Positions 1 to 12,632 are shown, numbered from the stretch's first letter. The stretch: DNA of 64,000 nucleotides from Felis catus (GCF_018350175.1 NC_058383.1:3286001-3350000), one strand, 5' to 3'. Notes: generated by a model not told the origin, from the sequence alone. A program made the numbers and translations.

Positions 1-320
1 AATTGATACTTCATATTTCCATAAAGATAGAAGCATCACGCGCTTCTTGGTTTCACGTGTGTATCACTCTGCCTTCGTCGTCAGTGTGAGTTTTAATGGA
101 GCCATATTGTGAAAATACCAATCCCGAGGAAATAATAATTGGGATAAGTAATATCTTTGGTGTGAAAACTTGCCAATCACACAAGTGCTGTGAAGATGTG
201 TGTTTTACAAAAAAGGGCCCCGTTTGCTAAGTGACAGCCGCTGGCATTAGGCAGGTGTACGTGATTTGCGGGAAGCCACAGCAGGGTCTCACCTGGTGTC
301 CCAGGATGCTGTCCTCCTAG

Positions 321-418
321 GCGGCCGTGGTGGACACAGAAGAAGTGGCCTTTGGAGAAGGACTGGATGGTGAAACTAAACGGCCGAAAGGCTTCAGACA
401 CCTCCTGGAGGAAGACAA
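321..418 (+). other. Weak candidate 98-nt cassette exon
   Basis: Acceptor ctgtcctcctag|G at 320/321 and donor CAA|gtaaga at 418/419. The body is purine-rich with GAAGAA, and two frames are open (AAVVDTEEVAFGEGLDGETKRPKGFRHLLEED). Peptide not recognised. Confidence 0.2.
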
Positions 419-1274
419 GTAAGATTTAAAGCTCTGTTATTAAAGAACGAGATGTATAAGTAAAGCAGTTCGTTCTCACACCCCTGGCAGATTTTGACAA
501 CTGAGAGAAAAATGGGGTCCTAATTGGAGGTTTGTGTTGGAGGTGTATCGTACCCCAGTTAGTGCTGTTGGTGCACTGAGAGCTTGCTGGTGGAGTTCAA
601 GTGGAGTTCATCTCGGGGAACTAAAGGAGAAGGGAAGATTGCTTTTCCTGGAGCGTTTTCTGGGCACCCCGCTTGGTCCAGGCGCACGACGTACGAGAAG
701 GGGGTCTGCTCTTGGTTTTTCTCGGGATTATTCAAGTCATTTTGGAATTTATTAACAAAAATGGTTCTGGCCAATCCTGTGGAAGCACAGAAATGACCAG
801 GGCAGAGTGACGAGGGCAGAAGGCCTTTGAAGGATGCCGTGCGTGCCTGGAAGCCGTGGTTGCCTTGCCGCGGGGTCCAGGGCTCACCCCTGGGAGCGCA
901 TCGGTTGTATGAGTCGTGAGAAAGGACAGAGATGTGCCGTTTGTTTTCGTGTCTTGAGATTTACTTTTAAAACATGCTACTTAAGGAAAGAAAAACATGT
1001 TTCTTTTGTCTCGAAACACTATGTACCTTTGTCGCGGTCATCACCACCCTCAGTCCTTCTGAGGGAATCACCTGGCACGAAGGCAGAACCTTAACTTGTG
1101 GTTACACTGGTTAGTTCTGTCCTACACGCGGCGTGGGGCCGGGCTGTGTACTGGTTGGAGTAGCCCCTGCGCGTGCTGACTTCGCTGGTTGGAAGGACGG
1201 GGAGCAGTCTGTTGTTCAGATGAATCTTGCAAACATTTGCAGTCCTGCGTGTAGATCCTGGGGTTTATTTGCTT

Positions 1275-1360
1275 GTTTATTCAACAATTTGGGAGGGCAT
1301 TTATTGAGTGTCAGTTGTTGGGGATGTAGCAATAAATACGACTGTCCTCCGAGACCTCAC
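1275..1360 (-). mobile_element. L2 LINE 3' end fragment
   Basis: ttattcaacaa...atttattgag... resembles the reverse complement of the L2 3' terminus. Confidence 0.4.
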
Positions 1361-1455
1361 GACCCATTCTGTCTGCTGTTTCACAGCCTTTGTGGTTTTT
1401 TTTTTTTTAAATCAAGTTATTTTAATATTGAAAGCTTTGCTAGAAAAACTTTCTG

Positions 1456-1664
1456 TTTTTTTTTAAGTTTATTTATTTATTTTGAAAGAGAGAAGGAAGG
1501 GGCAGAGAGAGAGGAAGAGAGAGAGCGAGAGAGAGAGAATCCCAAGCAGGATCTGTGCTGTCAGCATAGAGCCCATTGTGGGGCTCAAACTCACGAACTG
1601 TGAGATCAAGACCTGAGCCCAGATCAGGAGTCCAACACAACCAATTGAGCCACCCAGGCGCCCC
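1456..1664 (-). mobile_element. CanSINE (feliform SINEC_Fc-type)
   Basis: Poly-T, (GA)n tract and reverse-complement tRNA-like head ending gagccacccaggcgcccc. TSD tagaaaaac at 1441-1449 and 1665-1673. Confidence 0.95.
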
Positions 1665-2469
1665 TAGAAAAACGTCCTAATTAGATTTTGAATATGTACA
1701 CGTATACTTATTTTATATTAAACACAAGCCTTATAAATTTCTTAATTTGAGAATAGAGATTCTAACTCCCAGGAATAAAGTACTTGATATAGTAAATCTC
1801 CCTTTCATGGGCGACCCGTGGGAGCCAAATCCAGTGTCCAGTATGGTGGAGAAGTGTTCTGAATAATAGTAATTCACGATAGGCACACTGTTTCGTGGAG
1901 GAAGGCTGTATTAATTTTAAGGGGGAGGAATATACAGAATTAGCGAACATAAAGGTGAGAGAAGCACAGGGAAGAACAGAGAAGTGTTCGTACATCAGAT
2001 CGGGTGCTCACGACATCCACCCTCCCGGCTGGGCAAGCCCCTGCAGGGGCTTGAGTCCCTCTGAGGGTCCGGGGCAGAGCATCCGCCCCTCAGCTGAGGC
2101 TTCCAGCTAACTGTTCCCCCCAGGGCGAGATATACGCTGCCCGTGTGTGATCTCTGCGCAGTCCTGAGCACTCCAGGTTTTGTTCCGTCTCTTCCTGTAT
2201 CTCGCAATCTTAGGAGCCCGGCCATCTGCATATTTCTCTTCCCTCCCTGATCCGTTTCAGAGGGCCGGCCTGGAATGGCTCAACATGGTGAGGCAAGTTG
2301 ACCCCTCTGGACATCTGGAACAGAGGGCCAGTTGGGATCCCAAGGCCAGGTATGGAGCACAAGCCGACGAAGCCCCCATGCGTGTGTGTGTGCGGCTTTG
2401 GGCAGAAGTGCACGACAGGTCACGGGAGCAAGTTCTCTACCCATCAAGGAGCAGGGTTCCGGGAATCCT

Positions 2470-2672
2470 CTGACCTCGGTTCCGGTCTCAAGTCTGCTTC
2501 CCAGTCCTGTGAGCGTGGGAAGATTACCTCAGCCCTTGAAGCCTCAGGTGCCTCATCTGTAAAATGTGGATAAGCATAACAATCCATAGCTTACAGGGTT
2601 TTTGTGCAAATTAAATCAGATTACATAAGGAGAGCCCCTAGAACATGGAGACGTTCAGTAAGTGTTAAGTAT
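2470..2672 (+). mobile_element. MIR SINE
   Basis: MIR core gcctcaggtgcctcatctgtaaaatgtggataa...cagggtttttgtgcaaattaaatcagatta. Confidence 0.8.
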
Positions 2673-3288
2673 GTTTCCCTCTCATCGCCTTGCCTGCAGT
2701 CTCTGCACTTATTCCGGGACCTGTTACTAAGTGCTGAGAATCACCCGATATCTTGGGGTACGATGGTGATCTTAGACAGTGGGAATGGAATGCGAGGTAA
2801 GAAATATTTTGCTCATGAAATTTTACAAAGAGACATGCAAACAAAAAAAACATAAAAAGAGTCATGCAACAGCATTTGAGTGCCTGTATTTATTAGAAAA
2901 CATAAAACCAACAATTTGGCTTTATCTGCAATATTTTCTTCTGAAAATACAGGAATAATATTTGAGGGTTTCAGGTCAGATGACAGACTAAGAATCTACC
3001 ATCGCCTTTCCCTCTCACACCAAAGAATAGAAACAAAAATGAAGCCAGGCAGATTAGAGTGACTGAAAGGAAGCCTCCGAGTGGTGGGAAAAGTGCTAGG
3101 GGGTGGGAGACGGGGGGGGGGGGGTGCTGCCAGCGCAGGGCATGGGAGACAGGGACAGTGGGTGGGAGACGGGGTTGGTGGGGGGGGGGCAGTGCCAGCG
3201 CCGAGGGCTTCACTGGGCCTTGGAGCTGCATCCACAGGAGTCTGCAAACACCGTGCTTCCCCACCCAGCCCTCTCAGCCAGGGATGCA

Positions 3289-3355
3289 GGTGCCTGCAGG
3301 TGAGCGCTGTGTGTCCTGAAGGGGCGGGTGCCTGCAGGTGAGTACTCTGTGTCCC
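3289..3355. repeat. Two-copy ~38-bp tandem duplication
   Basis: ggtgcctgcaggtgag(cgctg/tactc)tgtgtcc at 3289 and 3327. Confidence 0.7.
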
Positions 3356-5425
3356 CGGGGGGAATCAGTTCCTCCATAAGCAAGGGAAAGCGCGCCTTCC
3401 TGGAGATCAGCTAGCTAGGTGAGCACCCTGGTCAGCAGCTTCTGTCACCTCGGGGGAATGGGCGCGGCCGGTGTTCTCCTGTGGAATCTCCGACACATAG
3501 CGTCACCTCCAGGGCCACTAGGCAACCGGGAAGCCCCAGCAGAGAGACACAGACTCAGCCAAGATGACTCATCTGAGCAGGCACCGAAGAGAGCAAGTGG
3601 AAGAGAACGACAGAGAACAGAGACAGGTCGTGAATCTAGCAGAGATACAAGAAAGCACTTCCTGGGTCAAAACCGCACCTCCTGGAAAGCATAGACTGGT
3701 TGTCGAGATAAAAATGCGGTAGATGGAGGAAACAGCGGACACGATTGGAGAACAGGCTTAGGAACTCCCCTGGGACGGGCCACCGACCGTGAGGTATTAT
3801 GTAGGTGGAAGGAAAGCGAGCGGTCAGAGAAAATGCAGCCGGCATTTAGGAACAAGTGTTGCACATTAGAGAATGTGGGGGAGTGATATGCAAAGAAATA
3901 TCAGGGAACCTCCATAATGGAAGAGAGACAAAGATGTCCTGGGGCGCCAGGACAAGCAAGGGAAAAAACCTCCCAACACAACATCCTAGAAGAGCCCTGA
4001 AAGAAAAAGAGACTACTTCTAGTCAAGATTCTGAGGGAAGATAGCTTTGCATATAAAGCTCTCTACTCTCTTTCAAGACATTTGCACAAAGTCATTTGCA
4101 GACATTGACCATCTCAGAAATTCGCCACCTACTCATTGCGAAAGAATTAATAAAAGACCGACTCCAGCAGTAAGAAAACCACGTACAAATGAAGCAGTAA
4201 TGAATAAAGAATTGCTACCCCTTACTCTTAAATCTAAATAATGTGTTTTATTGGTACTATCAAGACAGAACTGAAATTCCAAGAGTCATCAACAGGGAGA
4301 GGTATTGATGGTCTGGAGAGAAGAGAGGGAGGGAGGAGTAGTGGAGAAATGAAGAAAAAATGTACTAATTTTCTTTTCGAGGAGAAGGACATGCCTACGG
4401 ATTAAGTCTAGACAGAAGGAAAAAGTACGTTTAAGTAAACGTTAAAATGTTAAGGATAGCCAGTAGAAGAATGGGAATTGAATGTGTAGCTTCCAAACTA
4501 CTGGAGGAAAAAAAGAATGGATCCGATCGATCCAAGAGAGAACAGGAAACGAGGATTTAAAAAAAAATAAAGAAACAACTAAGAATCGTGGGGCATAAAT
4601 ATATAAAACAAGATAGCAAGATTACTACAAACAGATGAGAAGTCTCAGTAAATGTGACTAAACTCATGTTTATAAAAAACAAAGCCTTTCAGATTGCATT
4701 TTTAAAAAGCACTTATATGCTATTTACAGGAAATATTTTTTTCAAATAATGTAAGAAGGTGGAAATAAGACACAAAGACATATCAGACAAATGTTAACCA
4801 TAATCAAAATCTGATTTAAAAATATTTTGTAAAATATATTAGATAAATTAGAATTCAGGTCAAATGGTATTAAAAATAACAGATATTTCATGCTTCAAAG
4901 GGATCTAACAAGACACTCTGATGGTCGTAATTAATATGGTGGATTAGGCACCTAAAAATGGGAGGATGTTCAGAATGACATTGTGAAAAAACTCCAATCT
5001 ATGGTCAAGGTTTGCCAGGGGAAATAGAAGAAAAGCATATTAACCCAATAGAGGAGATCTAACAAAAATCTACTGGAAACAAATTAGTGGTAAATTATTA
5101 GAAGCCTTGAGTTTGAAGTCTGAATGTGGGCAAGGATGCCAGCTGTTACATTATCCTGATGACAGTAAATGAAATAACAGGAGGGAAGTGAAGTAGAAGA
5201 TGGGAGGGGCAGAAGGGCAGGAAAGAAAAGAGGTGTAGATAACCATAAAGAGGCCAAAGTATCAATATTTCAGGCAATGTAATGGCTGACACAGAAAACC
5301 TAAAATAATCTATTGAGGATTGGGATTTATAAAACAGCCCTAAAAGATGCCTGGATACAAGATTAAATGGAAGAAAATTAACAGTTTCCTGTTCATCAGG
5401 AATAACTACTTGGAAAACCTTAATA

Positions 5426-5768
5426 GGAATGTCTGGGTGGCTCCTGTGCTGGGACAGAAAAGGAGCAGGGAGAGAAAATCCCAAGCAGGCTCTGCACGGT
5501 CAGCGCAAGCCAGACACAGGGCTTGATTCAGGAACCACATGATCATGACCTGGGCCAAAATCAAGAGTCTGATGCTTAACCGACTGAGCCACCCAACACC
5601 CTGAGCGTCTGACTCTCGATTTCAGCCCAAGTCATGATCCCAGGGTCCTGGGATTGAGCCCTTTGTTGGGTCCATGCTGAACGTGGAGCCTGCTTAAGAT
5701 TCTCTCTCTCCCTCTGCCCCTCCCCCCACTCACTCCCTCTCTCTCTCTCTCAAAAATAAAAAATAATA
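5426..5768 (+). mobile_element. CanSINE (ctcttgatttc...gatcccagggtc subtype), interrupted
   Basis: Head ggaatgtctgggtggctc at 5426-5443 resumes as tgagcgtctgactctcgatttcagc at 5602, followed by (CT)n and an A-tail. Confidence 0.85.
5444..5601 (-). mobile_element. Tail-less CanSINE nested in opposite orientation
   Basis: gagaaaatcccaagcaggctctgcacggtcagc...gatcatgacctgggccaaaatcaagagtctgatgcttaaccgactgagccaccc. Confidence 0.85.
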
Positions 5769-6589
5769 GATAACAAAAATTAAAACATGCTCTCACTATA
5801 GTAAGCTAAACTTTGAAAATATTTTTTAAATAAATCCAACAAGAAATATATAAGAATCTGTGGAAACTCTCCTGAAGATTCTGAAAGAAGGATCAAATGG
5901 AGGGGTATAACATGTTCATGGATGGAAAACTCAGTTATGGGAAGATATCAACTCCGCTCAGATGACTCTATAAAGTCAGCACAATGATGAGATTTACCAA
6001 GTTTATTTAAGGATGAATATGGAAACCTTCAAAAGGACATGGCTTACTAAACCCCAGTACGTCCATATGATGGGATACTATGGCTCCGTTCAGGGTAATG
6101 AGGTAGATTGTTACATAGACTATGGCGCAAACTCCACAACATGTTTCTGTGCAATAAAGAAAGTTCCAAGACAAAGCATATAGTATGATTAACTTATTTT
6201 TTTTTAAAAAACACAAAACAGTCCTTTATACACATTGTTAGTACATGTACATACGGATAAATGCATTGGAAAAGATCCAGAAAAGACTCATGCTGAACCG
6301 TTGATGATGGCTTTCGCTGGAGAGGGAGGATGAGGACAGAACAGAAAAATTTCGGAGGGACATCTCAGCCTCCATTCAGAGTCTCCGTGGGTTTGCTTCC
6401 TACGTGAAGCCCAGGGTTTTCAGGTGTGCTCATTTAGCAGGAAGCCTTGGGGGAATGCGTCTATGCCATCTTCCTGGAAGCGCAAGTCTCCAGCACGAGT
6501 TTCACAAGTGCTAAGAAAAGACGAAAGAATTTCCCTGTTATCATAAAGTAATAAATGTGTCACACTGGAGCAGGCAGGCACAATACTGT

Positions 6590-6800
6590 TTGGTTATCTA
6601 GTGTAACAGCTACCCCCCCCCCATATTTAATTGTTTATAACAACCTCTCTCTTTTTTTTTGCTCACAACTTTGTGGTTCATGAGTTGAGGAAGGTCTTAG
6701 CTGGGAGGTCCATCTCTGACCCACCTGTCCGCTGGGACGCCGGGCTGGAGGCCTCCTTCTCAGGTGGCTTTTCTTTGTGATGTCTCATTCTCTGTGGCCT
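6590..6800 (-). mobile_element. MLT1 (MaLR) LTR fragment
   Basis: tgtaacagctacccc...gctcacaactttgtggttcatgagttgaggaaggtcttagctgggagg matches the MLT1 reverse-strand pattern. Confidence 0.55.
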
Positions 6801-6854
6801 CTATTTATGGCAGTTCAGGGTAGGGGCCCCTGTATGCAGGGAGATCCACTTACC

Positions 6855-7190
6855 CGTTAGTTACCTGTTAGGTTGCTTGGGACTTCGGGCAACAGAAAAC
6901 CTCAGTTCAAACTTGCTTTAACTGTAAGCAGATCTGTTATCACATAGCTCGTGATGTCACCAGGACCCCAGATTCTTCTTCCTTTTCTGCTTTACTGTCC
7001 TCAGCATCCTCAGCATTGGCTTCATCCCAAATCAGAGTGACTGCTGGTAGCAGTGTGGGTTTCATGCCTCCTCATCAGGAGAGAAAGAAAGTCCTTTTCT
7101 TTTGAAAGTTCCTTTTCTTTCATCTTATTAGATCAACTGCAGTTACAGTCACCAGGGGAGAACCAGATGGTCATTGGCTTAGACCAGTTT
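6855..7190 (-). mobile_element. MLT1J/K-like LTR fragment
   Basis: gcaacagaaaacctcagttcaaacttgctttaa...ctcagcattggcttcatcc...cattggcttagaccag. Confidence 0.55.
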
Positions 7191-7231
7191 TTAGGGGTTG
7201 GATCAATACTGATGAGTCAACCACAGTGTCC

Positions 7232-7416
7232 TTGACACCTCTCTCATTCACCCTGTACTTATCAAAATAAATTCCAAATAAATAAATGTAAAACATAAAA
7301 TTGCAAATTCTTAGAAAATATTGGTACAGGGAAGACCTTTCTAAGAAACAAAAATGTAAAGCAGTAAGAGAACTGGTAAAATAGTTTATTGCATCAAAAA
7401 AATTTTTAATGTTTAT

Positions 7417-7468
<52 letters not shown>

Positions 7469-8330
7469 TGCATGCAAGCAGGGGAGGGGCAGAGAGAAAG
7501 GGAGAGAATCTGAAGCAGGCTCCACGCTATCAGCACAGCCTGACTCGGGGCTCGATCCTACGTACCTTGAGATCATGACCTGAGCAGAAGTCAAGAGTCG
7601 GGCGGTTAACTGACTGAGCCACCCAGGTGCCCCTACGTCAAAATCTAAAATCTCTGTGTAATAAGGAATGCTGTAAACAAAATTAAGAGATAAGAGACAG
7701 ACTAAAAGTAAGTATTTGCAATACAGTTAATCTACAAAGACTTAATATTCTAGAAGCGATCACCATGAGAAAAGATATCTCAAGGTAAAAAAAAAAAAAA
7801 TAGGCAAAGGACAGGAGAAGCAGTTGATAGAAAGTGAATGCATATTTCCAGTAAGCTTATGCAAGGATGGACGGTCTTTCTGTCAATCTAGGAAATACAA
7901 ATTAAAATAGACTGTAAATTTTCACTCATCACATTGTTGAACATTTAAGAAGTTTGATGATCTCCAGTATCCAGTTGGGTAATATCCAGTGTTGGGCAGG
8001 GTATAAGAAAATGAAACTTTCAAACTGCTGTAAATTGTAGTGTAGATTAATGCAGCCGTGTTGATAAGCAATTAGATAATATCTGTTATAATGAAGATTA
8101 TTTCTCAGGCTCTGTACGTCTTCAGTTCTCTACTTCTGAGAAATACTTCCGTGCACGTGATCGCAAGGAAGCGTACAGAAGGGTGTTTGTACCAACATCA
8201 ACTGGAAACAGCTCCTGAGTGGAGGAGGGCTAGGTGGCCTGCTGTACGTCCAGCATGCGGCATTACTGTGCACCCAGGTCCGTGCAACCCTGTGCCTAAA
8301 GATGGGGAAAGGACACTGATAGTTGCTCCA
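7232..8330 (+). mobile_element. Ancient L1 (L1ME-like) ORF2 3' region
   Basis: Motifs taggcaaaggacagga, gaaatacaaattaaaat and atccagtgttgggcagggt. Interrupted by a SINE. Confidence 0.75.
7403..7633 (-). mobile_element. CanSINE SINEC_Fc-type
   Basis: Poly-T, long (GA)n and head ...gactgagccacccaggtgcccc. Degenerate TSD tgcatcaaaa/tacgtcaaaa. Confidence 0.95.
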
Positions 8331-8689
8331 GTGATGCAGTTTTTTTGTTGAGACAAAATCCACCCGTTTCGTTTGATGTCTTTGTCACGTCAGAGCATCT
8401 CCATCCATCCTTTCTGCACTGCTCGCCTTCCGGTCCTTGCGGGGCGTGGTGGGGGGGTGGAATCACTAGGTAGACATTTTGGGGTATGGGGAGTGCTTGT
8501 GTGCTTCAGACTGAAGAGGTTTAGTTGACCCCCCTGCTGCTTGGGTACCACCAAAAAGAAATGGAAAGAGTAATTTGAACACAAATGGGAGAAAGCAAGA
8601 CTCATTTTCCTACCATGGAGAACTCGAATGCCTCCACCAGAAGGGCTGTCTGTTAACTTGGTGCTCATTCAAAACCCTATTTGGGGCTA

Positions 8690-8910
8690 ACACTTCTTTA
8701 TAAGATGCCTTCATGCGCCTCAAGTGATTCACAGAGATTGATTTGTAAAACATTCCGAATCAATTAAAGCTTTAATCAGCAAAGTAGCAAACTTCACATG
8801 GCTTGTGGACTAATTTTACCGTCTCCCATCAATGTGAACCTAAGCTGAAAAAAGAAAACAATTAGGAGGATGCAATTATCTGTCCTGATTACTGAATTAG
8901 AAGTTTATGT
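8690..8910. promoter_or_regulatory. Candidate conserved non-coding enhancer
   Basis: Repeat-free, many TAAT/ATTA cores, palindrome attaaagctttaat at 8763-8776. Confidence 0.3.
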
Positions 8911-9415
8911 TTACCCGTCCCGGCGTAAAGGTGGGGATCTTCAGAGAACAATCCAAGCAGCTGTTGAGGAGCTGGAGCCTCCTGGCTCCCGGGCCCCTTT
9001 CCGCAGGCCCACCGGGCGTGAGGGGGAGTGTCACCCACGAGGCTCTAGCTGTCGGCTTTCAGTGACCCAGCAGAAAACAAAGGCGCCTGGCAGTTATTGC
9101 ATGTAAATGTTTGTGAGAGCAAGTTTCCGAAAAGCCCCTTGCCATTGACGGTGGGAGTTTCCTGCACAAACATCTCATTTGAATTACTGCATCTCCAGAT
9201 CTGTCTGCTTGCACAATAATCAGGAAATTGGTTTCCTTTATTTAGACCAGCTCTGCACCACGGCTGCATATTAGAGCCACGTGGGGAGCTTTGGAAAGTC
9301 CCAGAACCCTCCCAGAGCGATTTCATCAGAATGTCAGGGGAAGATGCCAGGCGAGGAGGGCGCTTTGTTAGGCTTCCAGATGATTCCAGTCTGCAGCCAA
9401 GATGGAGAACCCTTG

Positions 9416-9634
9416 GGGGAGCCTGGGTGGCTCAGACGGTTAAGTGTCCAACTTCTCTTCAGGGCGTGATCTCACAATTCGTGAGTTCGAGCCCCACATC
9501 GGGCTCTGTGCTGACAGCAGCAGAGTGCACTTCATATCCTCTGTCTCCACAACCCCCCCCCCGCCCTTCCTCCACATGCTCTTTCTCTCTCTGTCTCTCT
9601 CTGTCTCTCGAAAAAAATAAACTTTCAAAAAGAA
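9416..9634 (+). mobile_element. CanSINE SINEC_Fc-type
   Basis: ggggagcctgggtggctcagacggttaag head. TSD aagatggagaaccctt (9399-9414) / aatatggagaacccat (9635-9650). Confidence 0.95.
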
Positions 9635-10267
9635 AATATGGAGAACCCATGGTTGAGAGAGCTTCTCCAGGCTAGTGCTGTCTGACTGTGTGGTTGGATG
9701 TGGTGATTGTATCTTTTTAGAATAGGATTGTTTTTTGACACTTCTTTTCAATAAAGCTATGTGTTGTTGAATGTAGAACTAAAGACAACTTTTGCAACCT
9801 TATCAGATATTGTGTTTTGTATCACACGTTTCATATTTACAAATCAGAAAGATCCCTTCTCAGGTAATGCTTCCTAATTCTTGATTCGGAAAAGGTCATC
9901 ATCTGAATTATTTGTTCGGCAATATCAGTGCGTAATATGTGAGTAATATTCCTCATATGTATCAGAAATGTCAGCCGCCTTCTGACAAAACTGGAGTTTG
10001 AGGAATTGGTTGTGTATTTGAGGCATCTTCTCTGAGCTCAATATTCTAGAGCTTCTGGAATATTCTACTTGGCCAAACATTGCAAACACCTCTGGAGGAA
10101 TGCCAGGAGCAGATGTTGTCCCCTGAGCGCCCTGCTTCTCACATAAACGGTCTTAATCAGACAACTTTCGCCAACAGGAGTTCTGGAAGAAACTTTTTCT
10201 CTCTCCTCAGCATTTCTGCTGATGGCTTAGTGCCCTTTTCAGCACCTGATTGCCTGGCAAATCCTTC

Positions 10268-11012
10268 TTTTAAACAAATTGTGGTAAAATATACATTACA
10301 TAAAATTTATCATTTTAACCTTTTTTGTGTACACAACTCAGTGGCACTAAGCACATTCACGTTGCTGTGCAACCATCATAACTACCGTTTCCATAGCTCT
10401 TTCATCTTCCCAAACAGAAACTCTGTCCCCATTACAAAAAATAACTCCCTGTTGCCCCTCGCCGCACTCTCCCTGACTTCTGTTCTACTCGCCGTCTTTA
10501 TGAACTTGACGACTCGAGGCACCTCATACAGGTGGAATGATGCAGGATTCGCCCTTTTGTGACTGACCTGCTTCACTCACATCATGTCCTCAAGGTTCAT
10601 CCGTGTTGTGGCATAGGCCAAAGTTTCCTGGCTTTTGAAGGCTGAGTAATATCCCGCTTGTGTATGCATGGACCACGTTTTGTTTATCCATTCATCCGTC
10701 AGTGGACACATGGGTTGCTTCCGCCTTCGGCTGCTGTGAATCATGCTGCCGTGAACTTGGCTGCCCAGACTCCTGTTCCGGCCCCTGCTTTCAGGTCTTT
10801 GGGTCGTAGGCCCAGAAGTGGAATTACTGAATCATGTGATCATTCTGTGTTTAAGTTTTTGAGGGACTGCCATCCTGCCATCCACAATGGCTGCATTCCC
10901 ACCAGCAACCCCGGGGGTGGGGGGAGGGGTCCAACATCTCCACGTCCTCACCAGCACTTGTTTTCTGTTTCATTTTAGCCACAGTGCACATTCCAATGGG
11001 TGTGAAGTAGCT
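10268..11012 (-). mobile_element. L1MB-like 3' end
   Basis: attgtggtaaaatatac...cattcacgttgctgtgcaaccatc...tttatccattcatccgtcagtggacac...cccagaagtggaatt. Confidence 0.9.
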
Positions 11013-11065
11013 GACTGGTCCACTTTTCCTTTTTCAATATACGTTGTTGCCGTTGTTGTTTATTG

Positions 11066-11795
11066 GTTTTTTTTCATTTTAATTCCAGCATGATTAACAT
11101 ACGTCATATTAGTTTCAGGTGCACAGAATAGTGATTCAGCACTTCCATACGTGACCTCGTGCCCATCACGATAAGTGTGCTCTGAATCCCCATCGCCTGC
11201 TTCACCTATCTCCCCGCCTCCCCCCCACCTCCCCTCTGGTGACCAACAGTTTGTTCTCTACAGTTGAGAGTCTGTTTCTTGCCTTGTCTCTCTTTTGCTT
11301 TTACTTTGTCCTTATGTTTTGTTTCTTAAATTCCACATGTAAATAATATATCGTACTTGTCTCTGGCTTATTTCACTTGGCATCATACTCTCTCACTCCA
11401 TCCACATTGTTGCAAATGGCAAGGTTTCATTCTTTATTGTGGCTGAATAATACTCTGTTGTATATATACGCCGCATCTTCTTTATCCATTCTTCTATCAA
11501 GGGCTGCTTGGGCTGCTTCTGTAATTTGGCCATTGTAGATCATGCTGCTATAAGCATCAGGGTGCATATATCCTTTTGAATTAGTGTTTTTGTATCCTTT
11601 GGGTAAATACCCGGTAGTGAGATTACTGGATGACAGGGTAGTTTTATTTTTAATTTTTTGAGGAACCTCCAGACTGTTTTCCACAGTGGCTGCACCCGTT
11701 TGCATTCCCCCAACAGCACACTAGGGTTCCTTTTCCTCCACATCCTCACCAACACTGTTGTTTTTTGACCGGTCCGTTTTTAACACAATTCTGTC
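11066..11795 (-). mobile_element. Carnivore L1 (L1_Carn-like) 3' end
   Basis: Poly-T, then ttagtttcaggtgcacagaatagtgattc. Minus ORFs 11427-11705 and 11540-11755 translate to L1 ORF2 C-terminal remnants (VQPLWKTVWRFLKKLKI). Confidence 0.9.
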
Positions 11796-12587
11796 TAGAG
11801 CTGGCTCACCTCTAATATCTTTACATACAGCAAAGAGATTCTTTTTATGTAACATTTGGGAAGAAGGCGCCAATAACTCTGTATAGAGATATTTAGCATT
11901 TCCAGCCTCAAACTCAGCCAAACCTCCTGTGATAACTGCAGTCTACAAGGCCTGAGTCTTTTCTGGGTTCTACAGTATAAATTGCCTCACTTTTTAAAGG
12001 CATCTTAAACAGGTATTTGAATTATAACTTCCCATCATTTTTTTTTCCTTCAAAAATTCATTATAGCTCCTCTTCTGCTTTGCTTTGTACAGACCAATAA
12101 CTTAAAAATCTTTTACTGTCATTTTAGTAGGGTTTTGGAAGGGAGAGAAAGTAAACATATGTTAACAATTGTTAAAGTTTCTGGAGCCCGATAAACAGTG
12201 CCCTCTCCTTCCAGCCCCAGTTCTCAATCTATTGAAGAATAAGACAAGTGGGTAGAGTGGATAGGAGAGTAAAATATTATCTTTATAACTAATAAAGCAG
12301 AGTTTGTGAATGTGGCCAAGATCTACAGGAAAGTGGGTTTCTTAACACCAAAACGAGTGTTGAACTCAGTCCCTGAGTCTTAGATGGCCCTGGATAGCAC
12401 ATGTGCTGGCCCACAAGGAGGTGACAGAGCAGAGCAGATCTGTCTCCTGGTGACAGCCTGTGTAGGAAAGAGGAGGAAGGAGGAGCTAAGCTAAATATCT
12501 CATTTGTTCATTTGTTTTTGCCAAATTCACTAATTAGCTAAAGGCACATCTCTTTCCTCAGTGAGGGAGATGGTGAGGGAGGAAGAG

Positions 12588-12591
<4 letters not shown>

Positions 12592-12630
<39 letters not shown>
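12592..12630. repeat. (AG)n microsatellite
   Basis: About 19 perfect AG units. Confidence 0.95.

Positions 12631-12632
<2 letters not shown>

Larger units (their letters stand above)
3530..6340 (+). mobile_element. Ancient, internally deleted L1 (L1ME-like): ORF1, ORF2 and 3'UTR remnants
   Basis: A-rich strand with collinear remnants: ORF1 C-terminus (~4050-4150), endonuclease N-terminus (~4610-4900), FADDM/LENP RT region (~5255-5400), catgttcatggatggaaaactc = CSWIGR region (~5900-5990) and L1ME-type 3'UTR (~6040-6330). Confidence 0.7.
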
